Of a stretch of 64,000 bases of DNA, positions 40,138-49,245 are shown piece after piece. The translations under genes and the position numbers were made by a program. The DNA lies in the NCBI GenBank assembly GCA_017445245.1, contig JAFSUM010000010.1, forward strand, positions 1,008 through 65,007. The letters are read 5' to 3'. The number at the start of each line of letters is the position of its first letter. Position 1 is the first letter of the stretch. The stretch is from Bacilli bacterium (lineage in GTDB: Bacteria; Bacillota_I; Bacilli_A; RFN20; CAG-826). Under the pieces are notes generated by a model that saw nothing but the letters and a program-made list of their open reading frames with translations, made no database searches and was not told where the DNA came from.

Positions 40138-41332
40138 GTCGTTTTTCAAAAAGGCATTCCGATTCCCAAATATCCTTTTCGCTTTCCTTATCACGCTTTC
40201 ATCGTTATTAGGAATCATCGGATTGTCTGCACTGACATTCGATTCAACGAGAACGTTATTTGCCAACGCGCATATTTTTGCGCAACACTCGGAACAACCG
40301 GAAATCGTTGTCTCTGCGGATTTTGATTATTCGACTCACGAAGAAGAATGGCTAAGTTTTGCAAACGACTTTAGCTCGGAGAGCAAGTTTTATCAAAAGA
40401 GCACCTATTTCTCTTGCACGAATATTAACATTTTTGGTGAGGAGCAATGGAATGTTCCGTTGCTTGATGTTGACTTTTTAAAGCGAGACAATTCGATCAA
40501 CGCGACAAACCTCGTGAAACTCGCCTATCCTAGCAGCGGATCATATCAGAATGCGTTCTATCCCGCAGGATCAACCGGAATGTACGTTGTCGTCAGCGAT
40601 AATTTTGCCAAACGGATCGCCGGAGTCGATGACCCTGCGCTTGCTTTGAATCACCCATTCCAATACACGATTCACGGCGAGCAAATGGAAGTTAAAATTG
40701 GCGGCATATATAAGGCTTCTATCGTCAGTAATGTATTCAAGAACGTTTTAATGAACTATTACTTCGAAGACGCCGTATATTTCCACCGCTGCCAAGCCAC
40801 CATGAGCATTCCTCGAGACCACTTCTACGTAACTTTAGGCGAAAAACAGGAACACAATTTATCTGTTTATAACGACATTCAATTCTTTCAAAGCATCGTT
40901 GGTGGCACTGTATACGTGAGCAAGGAAAGCAAGACCGGCCAGATTCTGGTGTCGGGCGTCGCGTTAGCGGAGCTTAGCGGTTTTTGGAAGCAGCCCGCTT
41001 TTATCATCTACGCCATCGTTTTTCCACTCCTATCCATTGGAGGCTATGCCACTTCGATTTTCTTGTTTAGAAAACGCCTCCCCATGCCAAAACATAAATT
41101 CATCACGCTTTTCCTCTTTGGAATTCTTTTACCTGTGGCGGCACTTTGGCCAATAAAGTATGTCGCTGTAAGCGGCATGCTGGTGCCTGTCTTTTCGAGA
41201 GTCTCCACGTGGGTCATCATCCCAATAGGGGCTATTTTCATCGCTCTTTCGATTCGGGAATTCATCCGATTCACGCCAAAGTACGAAAGCGATTACACCG
41301 AATCTTTGAAGAAACATCGTTATAAAATCTAG
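40124..41332 (+). CDS. Membrane protein with large extracytoplasmic domain
   Basis: 1 N-terminal TM, soluble region, 3 C-terminal TMs; overlaps upstream gene. Confidence 0.6.
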   Translation: MNEAKSFFKKAFRFPNILFAFLITLSSLLGIIGLSALTFDSTRTLFANAHIFAQHSEQPEIVVSADFDYSTHEEEWLSFANDFSSESKFYQKSTYFSCTNINIFGEEQWNVPLLDVDFLKRDNSINATNLVKLAYPSSGSYQNAFYPAGSTGMYVVVSDNFAKRIAGVDDPALALNHPFQYTIHGEQMEVKIGGIYKASIVSNVFKNVLMNYYFEDAVYFHRCQATMSIPRDHFYVTLGEKQEHNLSVYNDIQFFQSIVGGTVYVSKESKTGQILVSGVALAELSGFWKQPAFIIYAIVFPLLSIGGYATSIFLFRKRLPMPKHKFITLFLFGILLPVAALWPIKYVAVSGMLVPVFSRVSTWVIIPIGAIFIALSIREFIRFTPKYESDYTESLKKHRYKI

Positions 41333-41344
41333 AACGAACGCATT

Positions 41345-42148
41345 ATGAAAACAGACGGCAGCAAAAAAGTATCCATCGTCACCCCCGTCCACAACGACTC
41401 TGCTTTCATACGGCAAACCATTGATTCCGTTCTTGCCCAAACGCACAAGAATTGGGAAATGCTTATCGTAGACGACTGCTCAACGGATGATTCTGCTTCT
41501 GTTATCGCCACATACCAGGACGAGCGAATTAGATATTTCCGCAACGAAAAGAACATGGGCGCCGCTTATTCAAGGAATCGCGCCCTGCGCGAAGCCAAGG
41601 GCGACTACATCGCGTTTCTTGACGGCGATGACTGGTGGGCGCCCACAAAACTCGAACGTCAACTCGCCTTTATGGAGAAGCTTCAGATCCAGTTTTCCTG
41701 CACCGCCTATTACCGGTGCTACGAAAATGGTCCAGAAGGTTCGAATCGCCCCATTGTTCAAGCGCCTTGGATCATCGGGAAAAAGTTGATGCTAAAATGC
41801 GATTACGTCGGTTGCCTGACCGCGATGTATGACGCGAAAGCCATCGGTCTCATTCAAATCAGCCCCGATATCAAAAAACGTAACGACTACGCCATTTGGC
41901 TCCATGTCTGCCAGAAAGCAAATTGCTACTTCCTTTCTGAACCACTCGCTTACTACCGCGTTCGCAAAAACTCCATTTCCCGGGTTTCGGGGTGGAAGCT
42001 CTTAAAGCATCACCAATTCCTCTTCAAAACCGAAATGCATTACGGCTGGTTCCATTCCTGGTTCTGCGCCTTGCGAAACGCCTATTGGGCGGTAAAGAAA
42101 AAGAAAGAATACGTAACCAATACCCCATTAGACAGTGTTTATTGTTAA
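41345..42148 (+). CDS. GT2 glycosyltransferase (TuaG-like)
   Basis: VSIVTP, VDDCSTD, GAAYSRN, IAFLDGDD, KKRNDY. Confidence 0.93.
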   Translation: MKTDGSKKVSIVTPVHNDSAFIRQTIDSVLAQTHKNWEMLIVDDCSTDDSASVIATYQDERIRYFRNEKNMGAAYSRNRALREAKGDYIAFLDGDDWWAPTKLERQLAFMEKLQIQFSCTAYYRCYENGPEGSNRPIVQAPWIIGKKLMLKCDYVGCLTAMYDAKAIGLIQISPDIKKRNDYAIWLHVCQKANCYFLSEPLAYYRVRKNSISRVSGWKLLKHHQFLFKTEMHYGWFHSWFCALRNAYWAVKKKKEYVTNTPLDSVYC

Positions 42149-42208
42149 GGAAAGCGTTTTCTTTCTTCCCACGTGCGCGCCCATCGTCTATACTTGCCCG
42201 CGTCGAAC

Positions 42209-42859
42209 ATGAAATTCGGATTTAGTAAGTCACAAAAGTTCTACCTCGGCGTCAAACGCGTCATCGATTTCGTCTGCGCTCTGTTCCTTATCATCGTCTT
42301 GCTTATCCCCATGGCCATCGTCGCCATCATCACCAAGGCAACTTCCAAGGGAAGCGCCATCTTCAAGCAGCCCCGCCTAGGCATCAATAAAACGATCTTC
42401 ATGATGCGGAAGTTCCGTTCCATGAGGGCGGACGCTCCTCAGGTTGCCACACGTCAGTTAGCTCCAGAGGAGGCCGCCAAATACGTTACAAAGTGGGGCA
42501 AGTTCATGCGCGCTACGTCGATCGATGAGATTCCGCAGCTCTTTTCCATCCTAAGCGGCAAGATGAGCTTTATCGGCCCTCGTCCCTCCCAAGATTATGA
42601 ACACGAAGCCGTCTTGGTTGATGCCCGCGATTCCTTTGACCCCACTGCTTATATGGTTAAGCCTGGTCTAAGTGGCTTAGCCCAAGTCAAGCTCCATCGC
42701 GACCATAACCCTATGCACAAAGCAAAGCTAGACAGCGAATACGTCCGTAAGCTCTCCTTCCATCAAGACCTTTGGATCTTCTTTGCCTCTTTTGGTGTAA
42801 TCTTTAACCGTGAGAAGCGAAAGCCCAAAGTCCTAGAAGACGCCAATAAATCGGAATAA
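42209..42859 (+). CDS. Second priming phosphoglycosyl transferase
   Basis: KRVIDF, KFRSM, SIDEIPQL, SFIGPRP, KPGLSGLAQV. Confidence 0.93.
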   Translation: MKFGFSKSQKFYLGVKRVIDFVCALFLIIVLLIPMAIVAIITKATSKGSAIFKQPRLGINKTIFMMRKFRSMRADAPQVATRQLAPEEAAKYVTKWGKFMRATSIDEIPQLFSILSGKMSFIGPRPSQDYEHEAVLVDARDSFDPTAYMVKPGLSGLAQVKLHRDHNPMHKAKLDSEYVRKLSFHQDLWIFFASFGVIFNREKRKPKVLEDANKSE

Positions 42860-43203
42860 CACGCCTTCAGTTGTCCCTTTATTGCCTTCGCAGTCTCCTA
42901 TCAAGCCTGAGTTCTCTAACGAGCAAGTGCAACCCCCATTCTTGCTAATTTTCTACTTGGGATTCGGAAACTGGCTTTGAACTTCCAATGAATCGAACCT
43001 TGCCCAGTGTATGTCTCCACCCAAAACCAAAGGTAAACTTAAAGACAAAACAAAGAACCATGGTGAACGAAAAGCAACAAAGGAAATACAAACCGAGAGC
43101 TAGTCCAATGACATCTGTAAAGAATAGAAAGGCGAAATAGCCAAGTACAAATTCACTTTGTGTTGCTCAAAATCGCTCGGTTTTTCCGAAAGGGGCCTAT
43201 GCG

Positions 43204-44286
43204 TTAGAGTCCAAGTGCCTTCTTGACGTTCTCGTTCACGACTTGCCCGTCGTGGATGTTAAGCGCCGTCCTGATACTAGAATAACGCTTGCACGCCTCT
43301 TCTAATCCGAGGTCCGCGATAAGTAGGCCATAAGGAAGCGTCGTCGTGGTAAGGGCGATCGTGGAAGTGCGCGCGACCGCGCCAGGCATGTTGCCCACGC
43401 AATAATGGACGATGCCTTCTTCGATGTAGATCGGGTCGTCGTGGGTGGTGACGTGGCTCGTCTCACAGCACCCGCCTTGGTCGATCGCGATATCGACGAT
43501 GACCGCGCCTTTCTTCATGTATATGAGGTGTTCTCTCCTTATGACCTTCGGCGTCGCTCCACCAGGCACCAAGGCGGCCCCAATGACGAGGTCGGCCTCC
43601 TTCAATGCCTCGACGAGGTTTGTTTCGTTGCTAAGCTTCAATTCGAGGTCACCATGCAACGTTTCTTTTAGATAAGCCAGTTTCTTTTCGGAAATATCTA
43701 GTAACGTGACATGGGCGTCCGCGCCCAAGGCGGACCTCGCCGCATATTCGCCCGTGGTACCCCCGCCGATGACGAGGACGTTAGGCGAAGGGACGTTATC
43801 CACTTTGCCTAGCAATACCCCTTCCCCGCCGAAGCGTTCCTGCAGGTATTTCGCCCCTTCGAAAAACGATAACCTGCCCGCGATTTGGCTCATCGGGGCC
43901 AGGCAAGGAAGGCGCCCGTTATCCTCAAGGGTTTCGTAGGCGACCGCCTCGACCTTGCGCTTTATTAAGAATTCGGTCAATTCAGGTGCCGGGGCGAGAT
44001 GGAGGTAGGTAAAGAGGATCTGCCCTTCCCGAAACAAGGGGTATTCGCATTCCTCGGGTTCTTTGACCTTGATAATCATCTCGGCCTCGTCGAATACTTC
44101 TTTCTCGCTCTGCTTGATTTGACATCCGGCCAAGCGGTATTCCTCGTCGGAAAAGCCCGCGCCGATGCCGGCATTCGTCTCGATCAGCACGCGGTGGCCG
44201 TGACGGATATATTCCTTCGCGTTATCCGGGGTTAAACCTACCCTTTTCTCCTGGTTCTTTCTTTCCCTCGTGACACCGATGACCAT
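43204..44286 (-). CDS. ald: Alanine dehydrogenase
   Basis: KNQEKRVGLTP, KVKEP, FTYLHLA, DIAIDQGG, HYCVGNMPGAV; AGGAG RBS before ATG 44286. Confidence 0.95.
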   Translation of the reverse strand: MVIGVTRERKNQEKRVGLTPDNAKEYIRHGHRVLIETNAGIGAGFSDEEYRLAGCQIKQSEKEVFDEAEMIIKVKEPEECEYPLFREGQILFTYLHLAPAPELTEFLIKRKVEAVAYETLEDNGRLPCLAPMSQIAGRLSFFEGAKYLQERFGGEGVLLGKVDNVPSPNVLVIGGGTTGEYAARSALGADAHVTLLDISEKKLAYLKETLHGDLELKLSNETNLVEALKEADLVIGAALVPGGATPKVIRREHLIYMKKGAVIVDIAIDQGGCCETSHVTTHDDPIYIEEGIVHYCVGNMPGAVARTSTIALTTTTLPYGLLIADLGLEEACKRYSSIRTALNIHDGQVVNENVKKALGL

Positions 44287-44377
44287 ATGAATGTCTCCTG
44301 TTCTTTTTTCGTTTCGTATATTGATACGATTCGGCGGAAAAAGCGCAAGGAAAAACGGGAAGCTGAAAGAGGCAAAC

Positions 44378-44436
44378 CTCCAATCCGTGCAGTTTGACCC
44401 ACCAAAAATGCTCCAATCCGTGCACATCACCAAAAA
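44378..44436. repeat. 14-bp direct repeat pair upstream of ald
   Basis: CTCCAATCCGTGCA at 44378 and 44411, each followed by CACCAAAAA (44400, 44428). Confidence 0.85.
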
Positions 44437-44538
44437 AACATAGAATTTATCGACATTTTTATCAAAGACCATTTTCTTTGGCGAAAAAAGCCTATCAGCG
44501 ACGAGAAGAAGCGGCATGAAAAGAACCCAGGCAATAAG

Positions 44539-44615
44539 GCTACTTCACTTCGCGGTGAATGAAATGAAGTGCTACTTCACTAGCACTTCATTTCGACTTC
44601 ATTACCGTGAAGCAC
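44539..44615. repeat. 77-bp direct repeat, copy 1 (contains perfect 14-bp hairpin)
   Basis: Aligns ungapped to 46171-46247 with 8 mismatches; GAAATGAAGTGCTA-cttcac-TAGCACTTCATTTC. Confidence 0.95.
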
Positions 44616-44630
44616 GGCAAGAATTTCCGC

Positions 44631-46115
44631 CTATTTGGCGAATACCTTTGCCCTGTTGGTACTGTATTTGGCCGGGCGGGACGTATCGTCGACGCGCAGG
44701 TAGTCCATTTTCACGAGGTCCTCTAGGATTTCATTACGGAAATAGGACGAGGGCTTGATACCTAGTTTCTCCGCGATTTCCCCTGCCGTGCGGGAAACGT
44801 TATAGCAATATCGCAGCGCGGTGTATTGTTTATCGTTACGAAGGAGTGGCAACGGTTCGATTTCGGGTATTTCGTTTCGCTCCACCAATCCCATGGGATG
44901 GGTAAGGTCAGGCAAGACGAGCGTGAAATACGTCGGCGTAGAGACGACGTAGGGACGGAAGGACTCGCCTTTGCCGCGGTATTCCTCGGAAATCGTGTCG
45001 AAGCCCGATCCTTTTTTGTTGATGTAGCCGAGCAAGGCGAAAACCCCGCAGATGACTTCGTTTCGACGGCCAGGAGCGATTGTGGCGATATCCGTCCCTT
45101 TGTCGATGTTCTCCCCCAAAGGATAGGAACCCGGCGATATCAGTTCCAAACGGTCTTCGTATAAGTTGAGCTCGATCTGCGCGCCGTCGAGGAAATAGTT
45201 GCGATGGACGATGGCGTTGGCGATTCCTTCCCTCAGAGACTTGAACGGGTACGAGAAATAACCCTCGGTCCCCCCGGGTGTCTTTTGGAACCCGTTTGCG
45301 CTATTGCGAACGACGAATTCCTCAGCCTGCAGGAGGACGGTAATCAAATTGCCTTTGATTTCCTGCGTCTGGTAGAAAAAGTCCCCGCCTTTGGTGACCC
45401 CTTTGATTTTCATCGCGACGAGGAGAGTGCGTTCCTCCTGACACTCGTCCAAAAATAGCAGCGCCCCACGGGAGAGGAGGCCGTCCTTGTCCATGAACTT
45501 GGCATCGATCAAATTCTTTTCGCCAAGTTCCTTCCCTTGTTCTTTTTTATAGGCCTCGCGAAGGGTTTTGAAATCGTCGGGGTCGTAATATCGGTCCGTC
45601 TTGCCCGTATCGAAGGAGGCGTTCTCGCCCATAAGGGACAGGGAGCGGATCTGTTCCGGGGTGGCGGGCGAATTCTTGCCGAAATAACGGACGAAGATAA
45701 AGTTGAACCCCTCCACGTGCAGGGTTACCGGCAAAGTGGCCGATTTATGGATGTCAATTTCCAACACATAACGGTTCTCGGTGCCTTCTCCGCCGAGTTT
45801 CGGCACATTGATCGGGCGAATCTCATAGTCGATATCAGGATGGATGTGTTCCTTGACGAGACGGTGGAAACGCAAGGAAACCTTGTCGACTTCCGCACGC
45901 GATAGAGATAGCAGGCGATGCGTCTTGTCCTCCACGCCGACATAAAGGGTTCCGCCCGAAGTGTTGGCAAAGGCGTTAACGGCTTTAAGCCAACCGTATT
46001 CCAAACGCTTGAAAAGGGAGCCGTCCTTTGGGTTTTCCCCTTCTTCCAACGTTCCTTTGAATTCGATGTTCGTCGATTCAAGTTCAATATCGGGAATCAA
46101 GTCTTCAATAAGCAT
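44631..46115 (-). CDS. AlbA_2 (Schlafen-like) + HATPase_c_4 + C-terminal HTH protein
   Basis: ESTNIEFK, AFANTSGGTLYVGVED, LREGIANAIVHRNY, DRLELISPG, KGSGF, C-terminal EIAEKLGI HTH; GGAGG RBS. Confidence 0.88.
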   Translation of the reverse strand: MLIEDLIPDIELESTNIEFKGTLEEGENPKDGSLFKRLEYGWLKAVNAFANTSGGTLYVGVEDKTHRLLSLSRAEVDKVSLRFHRLVKEHIHPDIDYEIRPINVPKLGGEGTENRYVLEIDIHKSATLPVTLHVEGFNFIFVRYFGKNSPATPEQIRSLSLMGENASFDTGKTDRYYDPDDFKTLREAYKKEQGKELGEKNLIDAKFMDKDGLLSRGALLFLDECQEERTLLVAMKIKGVTKGGDFFYQTQEIKGNLITVLLQAEEFVVRNSANGFQKTPGGTEGYFSYPFKSLREGIANAIVHRNYFLDGAQIELNLYEDRLELISPGSYPLGENIDKGTDIATIAPGRRNEVICGVFALLGYINKKGSGFDTISEEYRGKGESFRPYVVSTPTYFTLVLPDLTHPMGLVERNEIPEIEPLPLLRNDKQYTALRYCYNVSRTAGEIAEKLGIKPSSYFRNEILEDLVKMDYLRVDDTSRPAKYSTNRAKVFAK

Positions 46116-46170
46116 CGCGATTTTCCTCCGTACTTCATTATTATGCCAATTTACTACACTGTAGTGAAGC

Positions 46171-46247
46171 GCTACTTCACTTCGAGTTGAATGAAATGAA
46201 GCATTACTTCACTAGCGCTTCACTTCGACTTCATTACCATGAAGCAC
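46171..46247. repeat. 77-bp direct repeat, copy 2
   Basis: About 90% identical to 44539-44615; lies 56 bp upstream of the AlbA gene start. Confidence 0.95.
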
Positions 46248-46433
46248 AATGCCACGACAAACGATAGAAGGGGTTCATCAAACACCTGTCGATAGATGGC
46301 ATCCCCAACCAAAGGGCAGGACAACAAAGACTGGTTTATCGAGAGAACACGCAAGTTTTGGCAACATCGCGTTGGGCCTCGTTGTTTTCCGAAGGCGTCG
46401 ATGGCATATTATGGATTGATTCGATATACCCCA

Positions 46434-47837
46434 ATGAACGCACAGAAGAAAAAATATTGCATCGACACCTTGTCCAATCATTTGGACGCCCTCGGTCAAG
46501 CAGATTTGGCCTTAGAGGCAAAAAGGCTGCTACGTTATATCGGCCCGGAGGATTTGGAACTCCTGATGGGCGAATACGGCGAAAGCCCCGATGCCTATTT
46601 GTTGCCGAGGAAGAACGAAATCATCGAAGCGCTTCGCAAGGCGGACAAAATCCCCATAAACGTCGTTTACGAAGGCTGCTACGACGATAGCGGTGAGGAA
46701 AGCTTCGCCCATCAAGAGGACAAACAACTCCTTTCGGACGCCATCGCCATCGCCTTGTCTTTGGAAGACAATCGCCAAAACGAAGACGCCCTTCTCCTTC
46801 TTTCTTTGCTCCATGGGCTCGAATTCGAATTCCGTTTTTATGACAGATATGGCAAAGATCCCTTCGATTACGACTCGCGCCGTTTTATTGACCTGGCCAG
46901 CCTTTTGCCTAGAAGCGAAGAAGTAAAGAAGGCCTTTTATCGTTTGCTTTTGCAATGCGAAGACTACAACTCTGCCTTCTTGTATTTCGAGAACTACCAC
47001 CCCGGAAGCGAAGAACTCGATTCCGTCTCCCCCGCTTTCGCAGACGGTTTTCTCCTCTACCTTGAAGGCAGCGAACTCCGAATCGATAACCGCTTCTCCT
47101 TGTTGGAAAACCTTCTCGGGAAACTATCGGAAGAGGAAATGAAAAAGCATGCCGATCCCCTAGGGCGCATATATCCGGGCGCACTGAAGGAGTGCCTAAA
47201 ACGTCTCGGCAAGGAGATGGACCTTCGCCCCATCGTCGATTCCTATCTAGTCACTGACGAATACCTATCCAGTAACGCACGCGACATGCTCCGCGCGGCC
47301 GTTGCCTGCTATCCAAACGAGGAAACTTACATACGGCATTATTATCTTGATGGATATTCCCGCGATCTCGACGCTTTGTTCTTATATCTCTGCTTGCCTG
47401 ACGCAAGCCTAGACGATATCAAGAAAGACGACATGGTATTCTTCGAAATGGACACGATCGCCTCGCTTTACGATTTGGAAACGAAGCGCCGGTTGCTTTC
47501 TTTGTTCTTCAAAGGTCCGGAAACGAAAACCGACGATCCGTTAGGCGAGCTCCTGTTCCGTGGACAATCCCGTTACCTTGCCACCGTCCATTTTCAAGGA
47601 CGGAAGATGCTCCAACTCCTAGAAGAAGACCTAATCAAAAAGGCAGGGAGGTCGTCGAGCAGGCATTACGGACAAATCGCAAGGGAAGCGGCCATCCTGA
47701 CATCGGAGGTCAACGAAACGAAGGATTTCGTCCAGTCGCTTCTTGATACGTTTCCCAATCGTCCGGCGTTAAGAAGGGCTTTGCTTGGCGCGAAGGACTT
47801 GTCCGTTGGGGATGCTGATTTGAAAATGGGCGAGTAG
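46434..47837 (+). CDS. Hypothetical acidic alpha-helical protein
   Basis: Long ORF; C-terminus RHYGQIA...FPNRPALRRAL recalls SWIM-associated helical proteins; start inferred. Confidence 0.6.
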   Translation: MNAQKKKYCIDTLSNHLDALGQADLALEAKRLLRYIGPEDLELLMGEYGESPDAYLLPRKNEIIEALRKADKIPINVVYEGCYDDSGEESFAHQEDKQLLSDAIAIALSLEDNRQNEDALLLLSLLHGLEFEFRFYDRYGKDPFDYDSRRFIDLASLLPRSEEVKKAFYRLLLQCEDYNSAFLYFENYHPGSEELDSVSPAFADGFLLYLEGSELRIDNRFSLLENLLGKLSEEEMKKHADPLGRIYPGALKECLKRLGKEMDLRPIVDSYLVTDEYLSSNARDMLRAAVACYPNEETYIRHYYLDGYSRDLDALFLYLCLPDASLDDIKKDDMVFFEMDTIASLYDLETKRRLLSLFFKGPETKTDDPLGELLFRGQSRYLATVHFQGRKMLQLLEEDLIKKAGRSSSRHYGQIAREAAILTSEVNETKDFVQSLLDTFPNRPALRRALLGAKDLSVGDADLKMGE

Positions 47838-47992
47838 AAGTTCCTCTCCATAGACTCCCCTCAGATGATCGAAAACGCAGACACGGGCAGGTTATCTGCG
47901 TTCTTTTGCCGTTCCGAGTACCATCAAAGCCGTGGAGAAAGGAAAACACCATCTTCGTCTCATTTCGAATGGAGCCACGGGTTTTCCTTATC

Positions 47993-48020
47993 AAAGACGA
48001 AGCATGTTCTTCGTCTTTTT
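47993..48020 (+). terminator. Intrinsic terminator-like hairpin upstream of GNAT gene
   Basis: AAAGACGAAG-catgtt-CTTCGTCTTT then TT. Confidence 0.6.
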
Positions 48021-48061
48021 GGTGTACTCTTTATTCGAAGCGAAGGACCAAGGAATCGAAA

Positions 48062-48610
48062 ATGAGCGCGACCTATACCCGTTTATATCGAAACGGACCA
48101 TATTACTCATACGTACGCGACCTTTATGAGGCCTCTTTCCCCGAAGAGGAACGCCCACCCTTCGATTTCTTGTTCGACTTGAAGGATAACGACCTATACG
48201 CCGTCATAGATCAAGGTAACCCCATCGGCCTCGTCGACCTCGCCGCATACGAAGATCTCGTTTATGTCTTCTTCCTCGCGATCGACCCCGCATATCAAAA
48301 GAAAGGGTATGGCACGGGCGCCCTAAAACATGTCTGCGAGTGGTTTAAGACGAAGCGCATCTATCTCTGTATCGAAGCCCTCGACATCGAGGCGGCAAAT
48401 TATGAACAAAGAGTACGTAGGTTAGCCTTCTATCAGAAATGCGGCTTCGCCCCTGCCGGGGAACGCCTTGTCGAATACGGCGTTGCCTATGACCTATTGA
48501 CGTATGGCGGAGCCCCCGTATCCATCCTGGACCACTTTGCCCTAACCAAGCACATCCTCGGTGAAGAAAGAGCAAAAGACTACTTCGCGAACGCTTCGAT
48601 CTGTAAATAG
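48062..48610 (+). CDS. GNAT N-acetyltransferase
   Basis: LYEASFPEEER, FLAIDPAYQKKGYGT, RLAFYQKCGF. Confidence 0.9.
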   Translation: MSATYTRLYRNGPYYSYVRDLYEASFPEEERPPFDFLFDLKDNDLYAVIDQGNPIGLVDLAAYEDLVYVFFLAIDPAYQKKGYGTGALKHVCEWFKTKRIYLCIEALDIEAANYEQRVRRLAFYQKCGFAPAGERLVEYGVAYDLLTYGGAPVSILDHFALTKHILGEERAKDYFANASICK

Positions 48611-48625
48611 TCCATTTAGGTAAAC

Positions 48626-48649
48626 GAAAAGCGGGACAACCCGCTTTTC
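48626..48649. terminator. Bidirectional terminator between convergent genes
   Basis: GAAAAGCGGG-acaa-CCCGCTTTTC perfect hairpin. Confidence 0.8.
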
Positions 48650-48666
48650 ACAATTACAACAAGCAA

Positions 48667-49011
48667 TTAGCTACGCGTCTTGGCAGAATCGACGATAAAG
48701 AAGATGCCGGGGACAACCGCACCCATAATGATGCCGACAATGCCCAAGGCAATGCCGCCACCTTTGCCCATATTGGAGTTGCGCTTGCCGATTAGAATCG
48801 CCGCGAAGATCAAGCCGAGCAAGCAAGTACCCGCGATAACAAGGAACACGGTAGCAACCGCAGTAACCTCGTCGGCTGGAATCGCGCCCGGATCGCCCTC
48901 GGCCATGCTATTGCCAACTAGTTGCGCAATACCAACGATGGAGAAGACCAACGTAAGAATACTATAGGCAACAATGGTAATGATTCCCGAAATAAGAACA
49001 CCCTTTTTCAT
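48667..49011 (-). CDS. Small 3-TM membrane protein
   Basis: AAGGAG RBS, three hydrophobic helices. Confidence 0.75.
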   Translation of the reverse strand: MKKGVLISGIITIVAYSILTLVFSIVGIAQLVGNSMAEGDPGAIPADEVTAVATVFLVIAGTCLLGLIFAAILIGKRNSNMGKGGGIALGIVGIIMGAVVPGIFFIVDSAKTRS

Positions 49012-49196
49012 AGTTAAGCTCCTTTCTTGGAAAGTGTACTACGTAAGAAGTCCCCTACAATCCCTAGATAAAAGGGAAGGTAGGCCATAGTGGTCCCAAA
49101 TATATGTTCCAAGCGAGGTTTTGTTTGCTTCTTCGTTTTGTACCTCAGCGCTGTGAAATCAAAGCTAAAGCCGCTTCCGGCCACGCTCGGCAAAAT

Positions 49197-49245
49197 CTTT
49201 GCGTTTGCAAAGTTTCCACGCCTTTGCTTTGCGTTCGCAAAGTTT
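49197..49245. repeat. Tandem pair of palindromic 19-mers
   Basis: CTTTGCGTTTGCAAAGTTT (49197) and CTTTGCGTTCGCAAAGTTT (49227), 30 bp apart. Confidence 0.85.

Noticed and set aside
42945-43166. Hydrophobic open stretch on the minus strand (ATQSEFVLGYFAFLFF...)
   Set aside because: No start codon or RBS and no recognisable homology; may be a remnant but unsupported
44287-44517. N-terminal extension of ald in the ORF track, including a CTDW repeat
   Set aside because: Ald homology and the RBS start at 44286; the peptide repeat only reflects the DNA repeat pair
44539-46247. CRISPR array or IS terminal repeats
   Set aside because: Only two copies, in direct orientation, separated by a whole gene; no spacers, cas gene or transposase
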